Assembly: GCA_948750055.1 (NCBI GenBank)
Contig: CAPZVP010000002.1
Coordinates: forward strand, 30,078 to 94,077
Reading direction: 5' to 3'
DNA from: an uncultured Lachnospiraceae bacterium
GTDB taxonomy: Bacteria; Bacillota; Clostridia; Lachnospirales; Lachnospiraceae
Length of the DNA: 64,000 nt
Shown: positions 1 to 9,516 of the stretch, piece by piece
Layout: each line of letters starts with the position of its first letter
Position numbering within the stretch: the stretch's first letter is position 1
Position numbers and translations under genes: made by a program
Notes under the pieces: generated by a model
The model's input: only the letters and a program-made list of their open reading frames with translations
What the model was told of the DNA's origin: nothing
The model's database searches: none

Positions 1-77
1 AGTTTTGCAGGAGAAATGAAGAAAAAGCACGAAATTTGACTCTTTAAAAATAAAAATGAAGGATTTTATGCAAAACG

Positions 78-1226
78 ATGAAAAGAAAAAAGGGGAAAAA
101 GCACATATGTTTTTATATCGGGTCCCTGCATAAGGGAGGGGCCGAGCGGGTATTCGTAAATCTGGCCGGGTATTTTCAGGAAAAAGGATATCAGGTGACT
201 ATGGTCACGCAGTATCAGTTTCCGGCAGCGGAAGAGTATGCATTGCCGCCGGGGGTGAGAAGAGTCCTGTCCGATCTGACGGAGGCGGAATTGAGTAACA
301 GCCGTATTATTAATTTCTGCCGCCGGGTGAGTAAGCTTCGCCGGATCTGGAAAAGGGAGAAACCCAACCTGGTGTTATCATGCATCGGCAAAAATAATTT
401 CATGACAGTTGTTACGACAATGTTCACAAAGACGAAGGCAGTGGTGTCTGTGGTGGGGGAGGCGAAGGAGGAATATCCGGGCCGGCTCATGCGGTTGCTG
501 GCCAATCTTCTTTTTCCACTTGCGGGAGGCATCATATTGCAGACGGAACGTTCCCGTTATTTTTTTCACAGGATCGTTCAGAAACGGGCTGTTATTTTAC
601 CGAACTCCCTGAACCCTGATTTTATAAGACCAAGATATGAAGGAAAGCGGGAGGAACGGATCGTGTCCGTGGGACGCATGGATGCGAACAAAAATCATGA
701 GATGATGATCCGGGCCTTTGCGGCTCTGGCAGAGCGGTATCCGGCGTATACGCTGACTATATATGGAGAGGGAGAGTTGCGCGGGCATCTGGAAGCGCTG
801 GTTGCAGAGCTTGGTGTGGCGGACAGGGTGTTTCTGCCCGGGGTGATTCCGGATGTGGCCAGGCAGACCCGGCGGGCGGCTCTTTTTCTGTTGACATCTT
901 ATTCGGAAGGGGTTTCCAATGCTTTGATCGAGGCGTTGGCAGGCGGGCTGCCGGTGATCGCTACGGATGTGCCGAGCGGGGGCACTGTCGAGTTAATAAC
1001 AGATGGTATGAATGGATTGATCATTCCGGCGGGAGACGGGAAAGCGCTGGAGCAGGCCATGGATCGTGTGCTGGGGGATCCGGATTTCGGGGAGCGGCTG
1101 GGCAGGGAAGCCGCGAAGATTCAGGAACGGCTGGCGCCGGAGCGGGTGAACGGATTGTGGCAGGCATACTTTGAAAAGATCATGGGAGGAACCTGTGGAA
1201 GGAGAGGACAGCATGAAGCAGAGTAA
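78..1226 (+). CDS. GT4 family glycosyltransferase (PglJ/WabH-like)
   Basis: N-terminal GGAERV motif; C-terminal SYSEGVSNALIEA (Ex7E) GT-B signature. Confidence 0.9.
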   Translation: MKRKKGKKHICFYIGSLHKGGAERVFVNLAGYFQEKGYQVTMVTQYQFPAAEEYALPPGVRRVLSDLTEAELSNSRIINFCRRVSKLRRIWKREKPNLVLSCIGKNNFMTVVTTMFTKTKAVVSVVGEAKEEYPGRLMRLLANLLFPLAGGIILQTERSRYFFHRIVQKRAVILPNSLNPDFIRPRYEGKREERIVSVGRMDANKNHEMMIRAFAALAERYPAYTLTIYGEGELRGHLEALVAELGVADRVFLPGVIPDVARQTRRAALFLLTSYSEGVSNALIEALAGGLPVIATDVPSGGTVELITDGMNGLIIPAGDGKALEQAMDRVLGDPDFGERLGREAAKIQERLAPERVNGLWQAYFEKIMGGTCGRRGQHEAE

Positions 1227-2298
1227 ATTATGGATTGCTGTGCAGATAGCGGGATTTGTGGGAATCTTTCTGCTGCTGCTTGTGCCGGTATCTTATATGG
1301 TAAGGACGAACGGCGACGTGAAGGACCGTTTTTCCGGATTTTATGCGGAGAAGAAAGACTCGCTGGATATCGTGATGATCGGATCAAGTCCTGTGTTCCC
1401 CTACTATGCGGCGCCGAAGCTGTGGGGGGAGACCGGGATCGCCATGTATCCGCTGTCTTCTAATGTGCAGCGCCCGGCCGCCATGAAGTATCTTGTGGAG
1501 GAGACGGAGAAGAGCCAGTCGCCTTCGCTGTATGTTTTTGAGATGCGGATGTTTACCATAGAGGACGAAGGGATGCGGGAAAATATGGCATACACCAGAG
1601 GCGTGACGGATAACATGCGCTATTCACTGCAGCGTGTAAGGACGATCCAGGCGCTGGTGCCGGAAGAGGATGAGGAGGGCAGGCTCAGTTATTATCTGGA
1701 TATCATGAAGTACCACACCAACTGGAAGATGCTGGCCCTGCCTTCGGAGTGGGCCAATATGGCATATCGAAAGGCCCATCCGTACAAGGGCTATACCTTT
1801 AAGGACGAGGTGGGGCCGCAGCCCATGCCGGACTGCGGCGGCGCAGAGGGACAGCGAGCCATCCCGCCGGAACAGGAAGCGTGCCTGCGGGATCTGCTCT
1901 CCTTTTTGCAGGAAGAGGGAAAAGAGGGACTGTTTATTGTCTCGCCTTACGGAGAATCTCTGGAAGAACAGCAGATGTATAATTATATGGAAGAGATCGT
2001 GACAGCCTGCGGTTACCGTTTTCTGAACATGAACAATCATTATGAAGAGATCGGGATTGTCTTTGAAGAGGATTTTGCGGATTACGGCAGCCATACCAAT
2101 GCCGTAGGGGCCGAGAAGTGCACGGATTTTCTGCGGGAGTATCTGCTGGAGCACTATACTTTTACAGATAAACGCGGAGAAGATGCGTATCAGTCCTGGG
2201 AGGAATCATACGACCGGTGGAAAACGGAGATGGAGACGGCGCGGGTGACCATCGCGGACAGGATCGCGCGGGGAGAATATGCGGAGATCGTGGAGTAA
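1213..2298 (+). CDS. Membrane-anchored SGNH-like protein (DltD/AlgX/PatB-like putative O-acyltransferase or esterase)
   Basis: Single N-terminal TM; IGSS block I; C-terminal DYGSH (Dx3H); GGAGAGG RBS before ATG 1213. Confidence 0.65.
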   Translation: MKQSKLWIAVQIAGFVGIFLLLLVPVSYMVRTNGDVKDRFSGFYAEKKDSLDIVMIGSSPVFPYYAAPKLWGETGIAMYPLSSNVQRPAAMKYLVEETEKSQSPSLYVFEMRMFTIEDEGMRENMAYTRGVTDNMRYSLQRVRTIQALVPEEDEEGRLSYYLDIMKYHTNWKMLALPSEWANMAYRKAHPYKGYTFKDEVGPQPMPDCGGAEGQRAIPPEQEACLRDLLSFLQEEGKEGLFIVSPYGESLEEQQMYNYMEEIVTACGYRFLNMNNHYEEIGIVFEEDFADYGSHTNAVGAEKCTDFLREYLLEHYTFTDKRGEDAYQSWEESYDRWKTEMETARVTIADRIARGEYAEIVE

Positions 2299-2426
2299 GG
2301 TGCGGAATGGATTGAGGAAGAAACCGGTCAGGCGGGAGACGAGGAACAGGCAGGAGACCGGGAACAGACAGATTTTGCAGCGGGGAAGCCGAAGGCTGAG
2401 CCGTTATGGCGGGAGAGGGTGAATAT

Positions 2427-4322
2427 ATGTGCGGGATTGCCGGATTTTGTAATTGGGGAGCGGATTGGAAGCGTAATATAGAGCGGATGAACGAACGGAT
2501 GTTACACAGGGGGCCGGATGCTTCCGGGATCTGGGCATCGGAGGATAAGGAAGTAGTCCTCGGGCACAGGCGCCTTTCCATTGTGGATCTGACACCGTCG
2601 GGGGCACAGCCTATGGTTTCACATAACGAACGTTATGCAATGGCCTACAACGGGGAAATCTATAATTACGGGAGGATCCGTGCAAGGCTGCTTGAAGAGC
2701 GAAGAGTGGCTGCTTTCAGGGGCACGTCTGACACGGAGGTGCTTCTGGAGGCAGTCTCTGCATATGGATTGGAGAAAACACTTGCCATGGCAAAAGGGAT
2801 GTTCGCCATAGCGGTATATGATAAAAAAGAACGGTCGTTATCACTGGCCCGTGACCGGGTGGGGGAGAAGCCATTATATTATGGTTTTGTGCGGGGAGAG
2901 CGGTTTGTATTTGCCTCGGACTTAAACTCCATCACAGCTCTGGACGGGTTTGACAACGGAATAAATACGGAGGTCCTGCGGCAGTATTTCCGGTACGGTT
3001 ATATTCCGGCCCCCTATTCGATCTATGAGAAGATCTGGAAACTGCAGCCGGGAAAGATCTTAAAGATCCGCTGTCCCTTCCGGCAGTATGAGACAAAGAC
3101 TTACTGGTCCATGTACGAGACGGCGCTGATGGGACAGGCGCAGCTTTTTAAAGGAAGTGAGGAGGAGGCGTCCAGGGAGCTGGAACACCTCTTGAAGGAA
3201 TCGATCCGCGGACAGATGATGGCGGATGTGCCGGTGGGGGCTTTTCTATCCGCGGGAATCGACAGCAGCACGGTGGTGGCTTTGATGCAGTCCTTGAGTG
3301 AGCGGAAGGTGAAGAGCTTTACGATCGGCATGTGGGATGAGAAGTTCAATGAGGCCGATGTGGCGAAGCAGATCGCGGCGCATCTGGGAACGGATCACAC
3401 GGAGCTGTATATTACGGAGAAGGAGGCCCGGGATGTGATCCCGCATCTGGCGGGCATGTTCGGGGAACCTTTTGCGGATTCCTCGCAGATCCCTGCTTAT
3501 CTGGTGAGCAGAATGACGCGGGAGCACGTGACGGTATCTCTGAGTGGAGACGGCGGGGATGAGTTGTTCTGCGGGTACAATACTTACGGCTCTCTGGCGC
3601 GGAGCTGGAACAGGATCAGATGGATCCCGACGGTGGCGCGCAGGGCGGCCGGCGCCTGTCTTGGCAGTATGGACAGGTATCGCAGCGGCCCGGGGGCAGT
3701 GAGAGCCAGACTGCTGGGGGCAGCCGGGATAGAAGACATGTATCTGCGGTCGCAGATCGGAGAGGGACTTGAGCTTGTGCGGCCGGAGGCTGTAACGGAC
3801 GCCTGTCCGACGGTGATGGATACTTATCCGTCCGGCGTGCTCTCCTGTCCGCAGCACAATCTGATGTTGATGGATCTGCAGATGTACCATCCCGACGATA
3901 TCCTGAACAAAGTGGACAGGACGGCCATGGCGGTCTCTCTGGAGACGCGGGTGCCGATGCTGGATAAGGATGTGGTGGAGTTTGCCTGGAGGCTGCCGTT
4001 GTCTTACAGACGGCAGGACGGCGTTACGAAAAAGGTTTTGCGTGATATTTTATACAGGTACGTGCCGGCAGAGTTGATGGAACGGCCAAAAAAGGGATTC
4101 AGCATCCCGCTGCAGAAGTGGCTGCTGGAGCCGGCGCTGCGGGCATGGGCGGAGAGTCTGCTTGAGCGGGCAGCGCTGGAGCGGCAGGGGATTCTGAATG
4201 CGGATGCGGTCCGCAGGATGTGGGAAGACTATGTGGAGCGGGGAATCTGGCGGGTACAGATCTGGTATGTGCTGATGTTCCAGGAGTGGATGCGTCTGCA
4301 TCTGACACAGGAAGTGCTTTAG
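2427..4322 (+). CDS. asnB: Asparagine synthase-like glutamine amidotransferase
   Basis: MCGIAG Ntn N-terminus at ATG 2427; GHRRLSIVD, NGEIYN, LSAGIDSS, SGDGGDELF, RPKKGF motifs. Confidence 0.93.
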   Translation: MCGIAGFCNWGADWKRNIERMNERMLHRGPDASGIWASEDKEVVLGHRRLSIVDLTPSGAQPMVSHNERYAMAYNGEIYNYGRIRARLLEERRVAAFRGTSDTEVLLEAVSAYGLEKTLAMAKGMFAIAVYDKKERSLSLARDRVGEKPLYYGFVRGERFVFASDLNSITALDGFDNGINTEVLRQYFRYGYIPAPYSIYEKIWKLQPGKILKIRCPFRQYETKTYWSMYETALMGQAQLFKGSEEEASRELEHLLKESIRGQMMADVPVGAFLSAGIDSSTVVALMQSLSERKVKSFTIGMWDEKFNEADVAKQIAAHLGTDHTELYITEKEARDVIPHLAGMFGEPFADSSQIPAYLVSRMTREHVTVSLSGDGGDELFCGYNTYGSLARSWNRIRWIPTVARRAAGACLGSMDRYRSGPGAVRARLLGAAGIEDMYLRSQIGEGLELVRPEAVTDACPTVMDTYPSGVLSCPQHNLMLMDLQMYHPDDILNKVDRTAMAVSLETRVPMLDKDVVEFAWRLPLSYRRQDGVTKKVLRDILYRYVPAELMERPKKGFSIPLQKWLLEPALRAWAESLLERAALERQGILNADAVRRMWEDYVERGIWRVQIWYVLMFQEWMRLHLTQEVL

Positions 4323-4401
4323 AACGTACAGCCTGAGCACAGGCAGCTACGGGAAGTAACGTCATTTGATATCAGAGAAAGCGTAAAGGGAAAAGAAACA
4401 G

Positions 4402-5487
4402 ATGAAAATATTGGAACACTACCGGCCGGCCGGAATAAGGGAAGAGGCGCAGAAGGATCTGATCTCGGTGATCGTGACGGCTTACAATATCGCCGCTTAT
4501 ATTGAGCGGGGCGTGGGCTCTGTCTGTGCCCAGACTTACCGCAATCTGGAAATCATCGTGGTGGACGACGGCTCTACCGATGATACAGGTGTTATCTGTG
4601 ACCGTCTGGCAGCAAAAGACAGCCGGGTGCAGGTCATTCATAAGGAAAACGGCGGCCCGGCGGAGGCCAGAAACAGAGGGATCGCCATTGCGAAGGGCAG
4701 CTATATCGGCTTCGTGGACGGGGACGACTGGATCGACCCGGATATGTATGAGAAAATGCTTGGAGCGCTGCAGGAGCAGGGGGCGGATCTGGCCATCTGC
4801 AGATACCGGCAGGTGTATAAGACGCATACGGAGGATGCCTCGGTAGACCGGGCGGTGCTGTTTCAGGGGCAGGAAGCGCTGCAGTATTATGTGCAGGAGA
4901 CGAAGGAGTATGCGATCCAGAATGCGGCGTGGAATAAACTATATAAGAAGGAGATCCTTACGGGTATCGCTTTTCCGGTGGGGAAATGGTATGAAGATAT
5001 CATGTTTGCCACGATGGCCCTTGCCCGGGCGGAATGCTGTATTTACCTTGACACGGCCTGTTATAACTATATAATAGACAGAGAGGGAAGCATCATGAAT
5101 ACACAGATCAATCCGCGCACCTTTACGGACCAGATTCCGGCTTATTATGAGAAGACGGCGTTTCTCAAGGGACTGGGAAGGCAGGATCTCGCAGATATTC
5201 ATGATTATTTTTTTTATAAAAGGCTGCTGCTCTTCTATGACCAGATGGAGAAGTCGGGGAGGGCTGACAAAGAAACGTATTTAAATAAAATAACGAAAGT
5301 TATAATAGAGAATCAGGAACACTACGATGCGGCCTTTGGCTGTCCGGCAGCGGATCCGAGAGACGGCAGGAAGATGCGCCTGTTTCTGAAATCTCCGAAG
5401 CGCTACAGCCGCAGGATCCATATAGAAGAACAGCTGATCATTCCCTTGAAGGTGAAGGTCAGGAAGATGCTGCATATCGGGCGGTGA
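4402..5487 (+). CDS. GT2 family glycosyltransferase
   Basis: ISVIVTAYN, VDDGSTD, FVDGDD, WNKLY, YED motifs. Confidence 0.92.
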   Translation: MKILEHYRPAGIREEAQKDLISVIVTAYNIAAYIERGVGSVCAQTYRNLEIIVVDDGSTDDTGVICDRLAAKDSRVQVIHKENGGPAEARNRGIAIAKGSYIGFVDGDDWIDPDMYEKMLGALQEQGADLAICRYRQVYKTHTEDASVDRAVLFQGQEALQYYVQETKEYAIQNAAWNKLYKKEILTGIAFPVGKWYEDIMFATMALARAECCIYLDTACYNYIIDREGSIMNTQINPRTFTDQIPAYYEKTAFLKGLGRQDLADIHDYFFYKRLLLFYDQMEKSGRADKETYLNKITKVIIENQEHYDAAFGCPAADPRDGRKMRLFLKSPKRYSRRIHIEEQLIIPLKVKVRKMLHIGR

Positions 5488-5554
5488 CGCGACAGGACGA
5501 ATGCTAAATTACAAATGTTTTCATAACAGATGTTTTTGAATTGGGATCAGAGGA

Positions 5555-6508
5555 ATGGTCATAATACAGCTTGCAGGCGGTCTGGGCAATCAGATGTTCC
5601 AGTATGCCTTATATTTACAACTTAAAAGCCAGGGCCGGACAGTGAAGATCGACGACGTGTCGGGATTCGAGGAAGACAGACAGAGAGAGCCTGCGCTCGG
5701 CGCTTTTGGCATCACATATGAGCGGGCCTCCAGACCGGAGCTGGAAGCGATGCTGGACTGTTCGCCGCAGCTTCGGCATAAAATACGGCGGAAGCTGTGC
5801 GGCAGGAAGAAGAAGGCTTATTTCGAGGAAGATAAAAGATATAAGCCTGCGGTTTTGACCTGGGATGATATTTATCTGGAAGGGTACTGGCAGACGGAGA
5901 AGTATTTTCAGACAGTGACCGGGCAGGTGAAGGATACGCTGGATCCGGACAGGCTTCTTGCGGCTGAGGCGAAAGCCTGCGGCATTGATGGGAGCCGGAG
6001 CACGTCTACGCCTTACAAAGCAGCCCATGATGCGGGTGGCAGGACGCTGGCCCGGTGGCTGGAGCAGACAGCGGCCACGGAGTCGGTGAGCGTGCATATC
6101 CGCAGGGGGGATTATCTTTTGCCGGAGAATCAGGCGCTTTTTGGCGGCATCTGCACGGAAGACTATTACCGGGCGGCTATGGCGCGGATGCAAAAGATGC
6201 ACCCGGGCTGTGTCTTTTATCTTTTTACCAACGATAAACAGTGGGCCGGAGAGTGGGCTGACAGAGGACAGATAGAGCCTGTGGCGCTGACGGATGTTCC
6301 GGACAGCGGTATGGGAAGGGACTACGCGGAATTCCTGCTGATGAGCAGATGCAGGCATAACATACTGGCCAACAGCAGTTTCAGCTGGTGGGCTTCCTAT
6401 CTGAATAAAAATCCGCACAAGACAGTGCTGGCGCCGGACCGGTGGCTGAACGGGTGGGACTGTGAGGATTTCTACCGGGCGGATATGCAGAAAGTCACGG
6501 TAGGTTGA
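5555..6508 (+). CDS. GT11 alpha-1,2-fucosyltransferase
   Basis: GGLGNQMFQ, EGYWQ, HIRRGDY, ANSSFSWW motifs. Confidence 0.92.
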   Translation: MVIIQLAGGLGNQMFQYALYLQLKSQGRTVKIDDVSGFEEDRQREPALGAFGITYERASRPELEAMLDCSPQLRHKIRRKLCGRKKKAYFEEDKRYKPAVLTWDDIYLEGYWQTEKYFQTVTGQVKDTLDPDRLLAAEAKACGIDGSRSTSTPYKAAHDAGGRTLARWLEQTAATESVSVHIRRGDYLLPENQALFGGICTEDYYRAAMARMQKMHPGCVFYLFTNDKQWAGEWADRGQIEPVALTDVPDSGMGRDYAEFLLMSRCRHNILANSSFSWWASYLNKNPHKTVLAPDRWLNGWDCEDFYRADMQKVTVG

Positions 6509-6569
6509 CGACGTGCACGGACAGGATGCGCAGGGGAGATACCCTGCATTATGAAAGGGACTCGATTTC

Positions 6570-8372
6570 ATGAAGAAACATACATCAGAAGAAAATCAGG
6601 AAAAGAAAGTTACCCTGCTGCAAAAGGTAAGCTATCTTTTCGACAGAAAACAGAAAAGACAGATTGCGGGTCTGGCGCTGCTGATCCTGATCGGCGGCCT
6701 GCTGGAGACCGTCGGGGTGTCTATGCTCCTGCCGGTGGTGCAGGCGATCATGGATCCGGAACAGCTTATGGAGAATGAACTGGTGGGTAAGGTGACGAAG
6801 GCGCTGCATATTGAGACGAGCAGACAGCTTATCATCCTTATGCTGGGCGCACTGATCGCATTGTATGTGGTCAAGAATGCGTACCTGCTGTTTCAGACCT
6901 ATGTGCAGAATACCTTCGTTACGCGCAACCGCAACCGCATGATCAGCCGCGTGATGCGGGAATTTCTGAACAGGCCATACGAGGAATATCTGGGGGCGGA
7001 CATCCCTACGGTATTCCGGCTGACGGACAGCGATATCCCCAACGCATTTCAGCTGATCCTGGTGATGATCCAGATGGTGACGGAGATCGTGGTGGCAGGT
7101 TTCCTCTGTATCGTGCTGGTGGTGGTGAGTCCGGTCATGTCGCTTTTTATCTTCTGTATTTTCCTGGGGATGACACTGATGATCACGAAGGTGTTAAAGC
7201 CCAGGCTCAACGCTATCGGGCATAAGAATCAGCAGATCCAGTCCCGGATCGCCAAGTGGAGGATTCAGTCTATCTACGGGTTAAAAGATGTCAAGGTGCT
7301 GCACAGGGAAGAATTTTTCGTGCGCAATTATTATGAGAGCGGCGCCATCGGCGCGGATGTGGCCAGAAATTACGCGGTGTTCAACAATCTGCCGCGGCTT
7401 CTGATCGAGACGATCTTTATGGCGTCGATGCTTCTGTTTATCATGCTGTATATGCTGCGGGGCGGCAATATCACGGTGCTGATTCCTCAGCTGTCGGCCT
7501 TTGCGGTGGCAGGAATCCGGGTGATGCCGGGGACGAACCGGATCAATACGTATCTGTCGGAGATCGCCTATTCCCAGCCCTGTCTGGATTATCTGTATGA
7601 AAATCTGACGGCAAATATGAAGATGGACGTAAACGGCAGCGTGACCGGGCTGGCCAGAGGAGGAGGGGCGCAGACGCAGGAGGTCAGGACGCATCTGCAG
7701 GATAAGATCGTGCTGGATCATATCACCTACGCCTATCCGAATACGGAGAAGAATATTTTTACCGACGCTCATATGGAAGTAAAAAAAGGCCAGTCGGTGG
7801 GCATCATGGGTCCTTCCGGCGCCGGGAAATCGACGGTTGTGGATATTCTGCTGGGGCTTTTGCGGGTGCAGGCGGGGACGATCACCTGCGACGGGGTGAA
7901 TATTTTCGATAATTATGCGGACTGGCTTTCAAAGATCGGCTATATTCCGCAGTCCATCTATCTGATCGACGAGTCCATCCGGGACAATATCGCCTTCGGT
8001 ATAGATGCGGACAAGATAGACGACCGGCGGATCTGGGAGGTGCTGGAGGAGGCGCAGCTGAAGGAATTCGTGGAGGAACTGCCGGAAGGGCTGGATACGA
8101 CCATAGGTGACAGGGGTGTCAGAATATCCGGCGGACAGCGGCAGCGTCTGGGCATCGCCAGGGCGCTTTACCACAATCCGGAGATCCTGGTGTTTGACGA
8201 GGCCACCTCGGCGCTGGACAACGATACGGAGAAGGCGGTCATGGATGCGATCAACAATTTCCACGGCAGGAAGACGATGGTGATCATCGCCCACCGCCTC
8301 AATACCATCGCCAAGTGTGATGTGATCTACAAAGTGGACGGTGAGAAGATCGTGGAGACGAAATTACAGTGA
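6570..8372 (+). CDS. ABC half-transporter (TMD+NBD), PglK/Wzk-like lipid-linked oligosaccharide flippase
   Basis: N-terminal TMD; Walker A GPSGAGKST, signature ISGGQRQR, Walker B LVFDEATSALD, IAHRL. Confidence 0.88.
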   Translation: MKKHTSEENQEKKVTLLQKVSYLFDRKQKRQIAGLALLILIGGLLETVGVSMLLPVVQAIMDPEQLMENELVGKVTKALHIETSRQLIILMLGALIALYVVKNAYLLFQTYVQNTFVTRNRNRMISRVMREFLNRPYEEYLGADIPTVFRLTDSDIPNAFQLILVMIQMVTEIVVAGFLCIVLVVVSPVMSLFIFCIFLGMTLMITKVLKPRLNAIGHKNQQIQSRIAKWRIQSIYGLKDVKVLHREEFFVRNYYESGAIGADVARNYAVFNNLPRLLIETIFMASMLLFIMLYMLRGGNITVLIPQLSAFAVAGIRVMPGTNRINTYLSEIAYSQPCLDYLYENLTANMKMDVNGSVTGLARGGGAQTQEVRTHLQDKIVLDHITYAYPNTEKNIFTDAHMEVKKGQSVGIMGPSGAGKSTVVDILLGLLRVQAGTITCDGVNIFDNYADWLSKIGYIPQSIYLIDESIRDNIAFGIDADKIDDRRIWEVLEEAQLKEFVEELPEGLDTTIGDRGVRISGGQRQRLGIARALYHNPEILVFDEATSALDNDTEKAVMDAINNFHGRKTMVIIAHRLNTIAKCDVIYKVDGEKIVETKLQ

Positions 8373-8443
8373 CGCAGGTGCAGGCGGGTGCTGCTTAGAG
8401 GCCCGGTTTGCGCATCCGGGCTGAGGATGAATGGAGAATCAGG

Positions 8444-9481
8444 ATGTTAGGAATTGAGACACAGGAAGGCTTCGGGCTGGGCAATCAGCTGTTCTTCTAT
8501 ATTACGACCAGATGCATTGCGCAGGATAAAGGGTATGCATTCAGCGTGCTGGATCCGGAGCATTTTGCCAATAACATGCACAGTGACTGCGGGCTGTACT
8601 TTATGGATCTGGATATGGGCGTCCCTTCGAAGAAGGAAGATTATCAGAAAGTCTTTCGGGAGAAGGAGACGAGACTTTTTGCGGGCAATTCCAGACACGA
8701 CCTGACGCATGGCGTCTATGTCACGGATACCGATCAGGCGCTGTTTGCGGTGGAGGACGATACGCTGCTCTACGGGAACCTGCAGGCCGAGGATTATTTT
8801 ATTGCCCATAAAGAAGAGATCAAAAAGTGGCTGGCAGTCAGGCCGGAGTACGACTGTAAGGAATACAGCAGGGACAATCTGTGCATCCTGCATCTGCGGT
8901 GCAGTGACTATATGGGTTCGCCGGAGCTTTTTCTGCGGAAAAAATACTGGCTTATGGGTATGAAGCAGATGCGCAGGATCAACCCGGCGATGGAGTTTAT
9001 GATCATCACCAATGATGTGAAGGAAGCAGGGAAGCTGCTGCCCGGCATTCCGGCGTACAATTTTGATCTGGCAAAAGACTACAGTGTGTTGAAAAATGCG
9101 AAATATCTGCTGCTGGCGAATTCTTCGTTTGCTTATTTTCCGGCTTTTACGAGCGATACGGTGGAGTATATCCTGGCGCCCAAGTACTGGGCCAGACATA
9201 ATGTGTCTGACGGTTACTGGGCATCGGAACAGAATATCTACGAGGGCTGGCATTATATGGACCGGAAAGGCAGGGTATTTACGGCCGAAGCGTGCAGGCA
9301 GGAGCTTGCCGCCTATAAGAAGACGTCGAAGAAGTATGCGGCCGTGAATGTGCGGCCGGCGGGGCTGCGGCTCAAGTTGATGGAACTGCACGGGCAGTAT
9401 ATCTATAAGAAGGCATACGCAGGCAAGATCGCGCGTGGCGTGATGCGGCGGGTGCGTAAGCTCCTCCCGGCGCGGGGGTGA
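8444..9481 (+). CDS. Divergent GT11-like glycosyltransferase
   Basis: GLGNQLF, HLRCSDY (variant of HxRRGDY), ANSSF; GGAG RBS before ATG 8444. Confidence 0.7.
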   Translation: MLGIETQEGFGLGNQLFFYITTRCIAQDKGYAFSVLDPEHFANNMHSDCGLYFMDLDMGVPSKKEDYQKVFREKETRLFAGNSRHDLTHGVYVTDTDQALFAVEDDTLLYGNLQAEDYFIAHKEEIKKWLAVRPEYDCKEYSRDNLCILHLRCSDYMGSPELFLRKKYWLMGMKQMRRINPAMEFMIITNDVKEAGKLLPGIPAYNFDLAKDYSVLKNAKYLLLANSSFAYFPAFTSDTVEYILAPKYWARHNVSDGYWASEQNIYEGWHYMDRKGRVFTAEACRQELAAYKKTSKKYAAVNVRPAGLRLKLMELHGQYIYKKAYAGKIARGVMRRVRKLLPARG

Positions 9482-9516
9482 GATGAGGATTGTGAAGAAA
9501 GCAGGCACAAAGACAG

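Noticed and set aside
1..39. Short MKKKHEI ORF at window start as a leader peptide
   Set aside because: The frame is open from base 1, so it is more likely the 3' end of an upstream gene; cannot be resolved in this window
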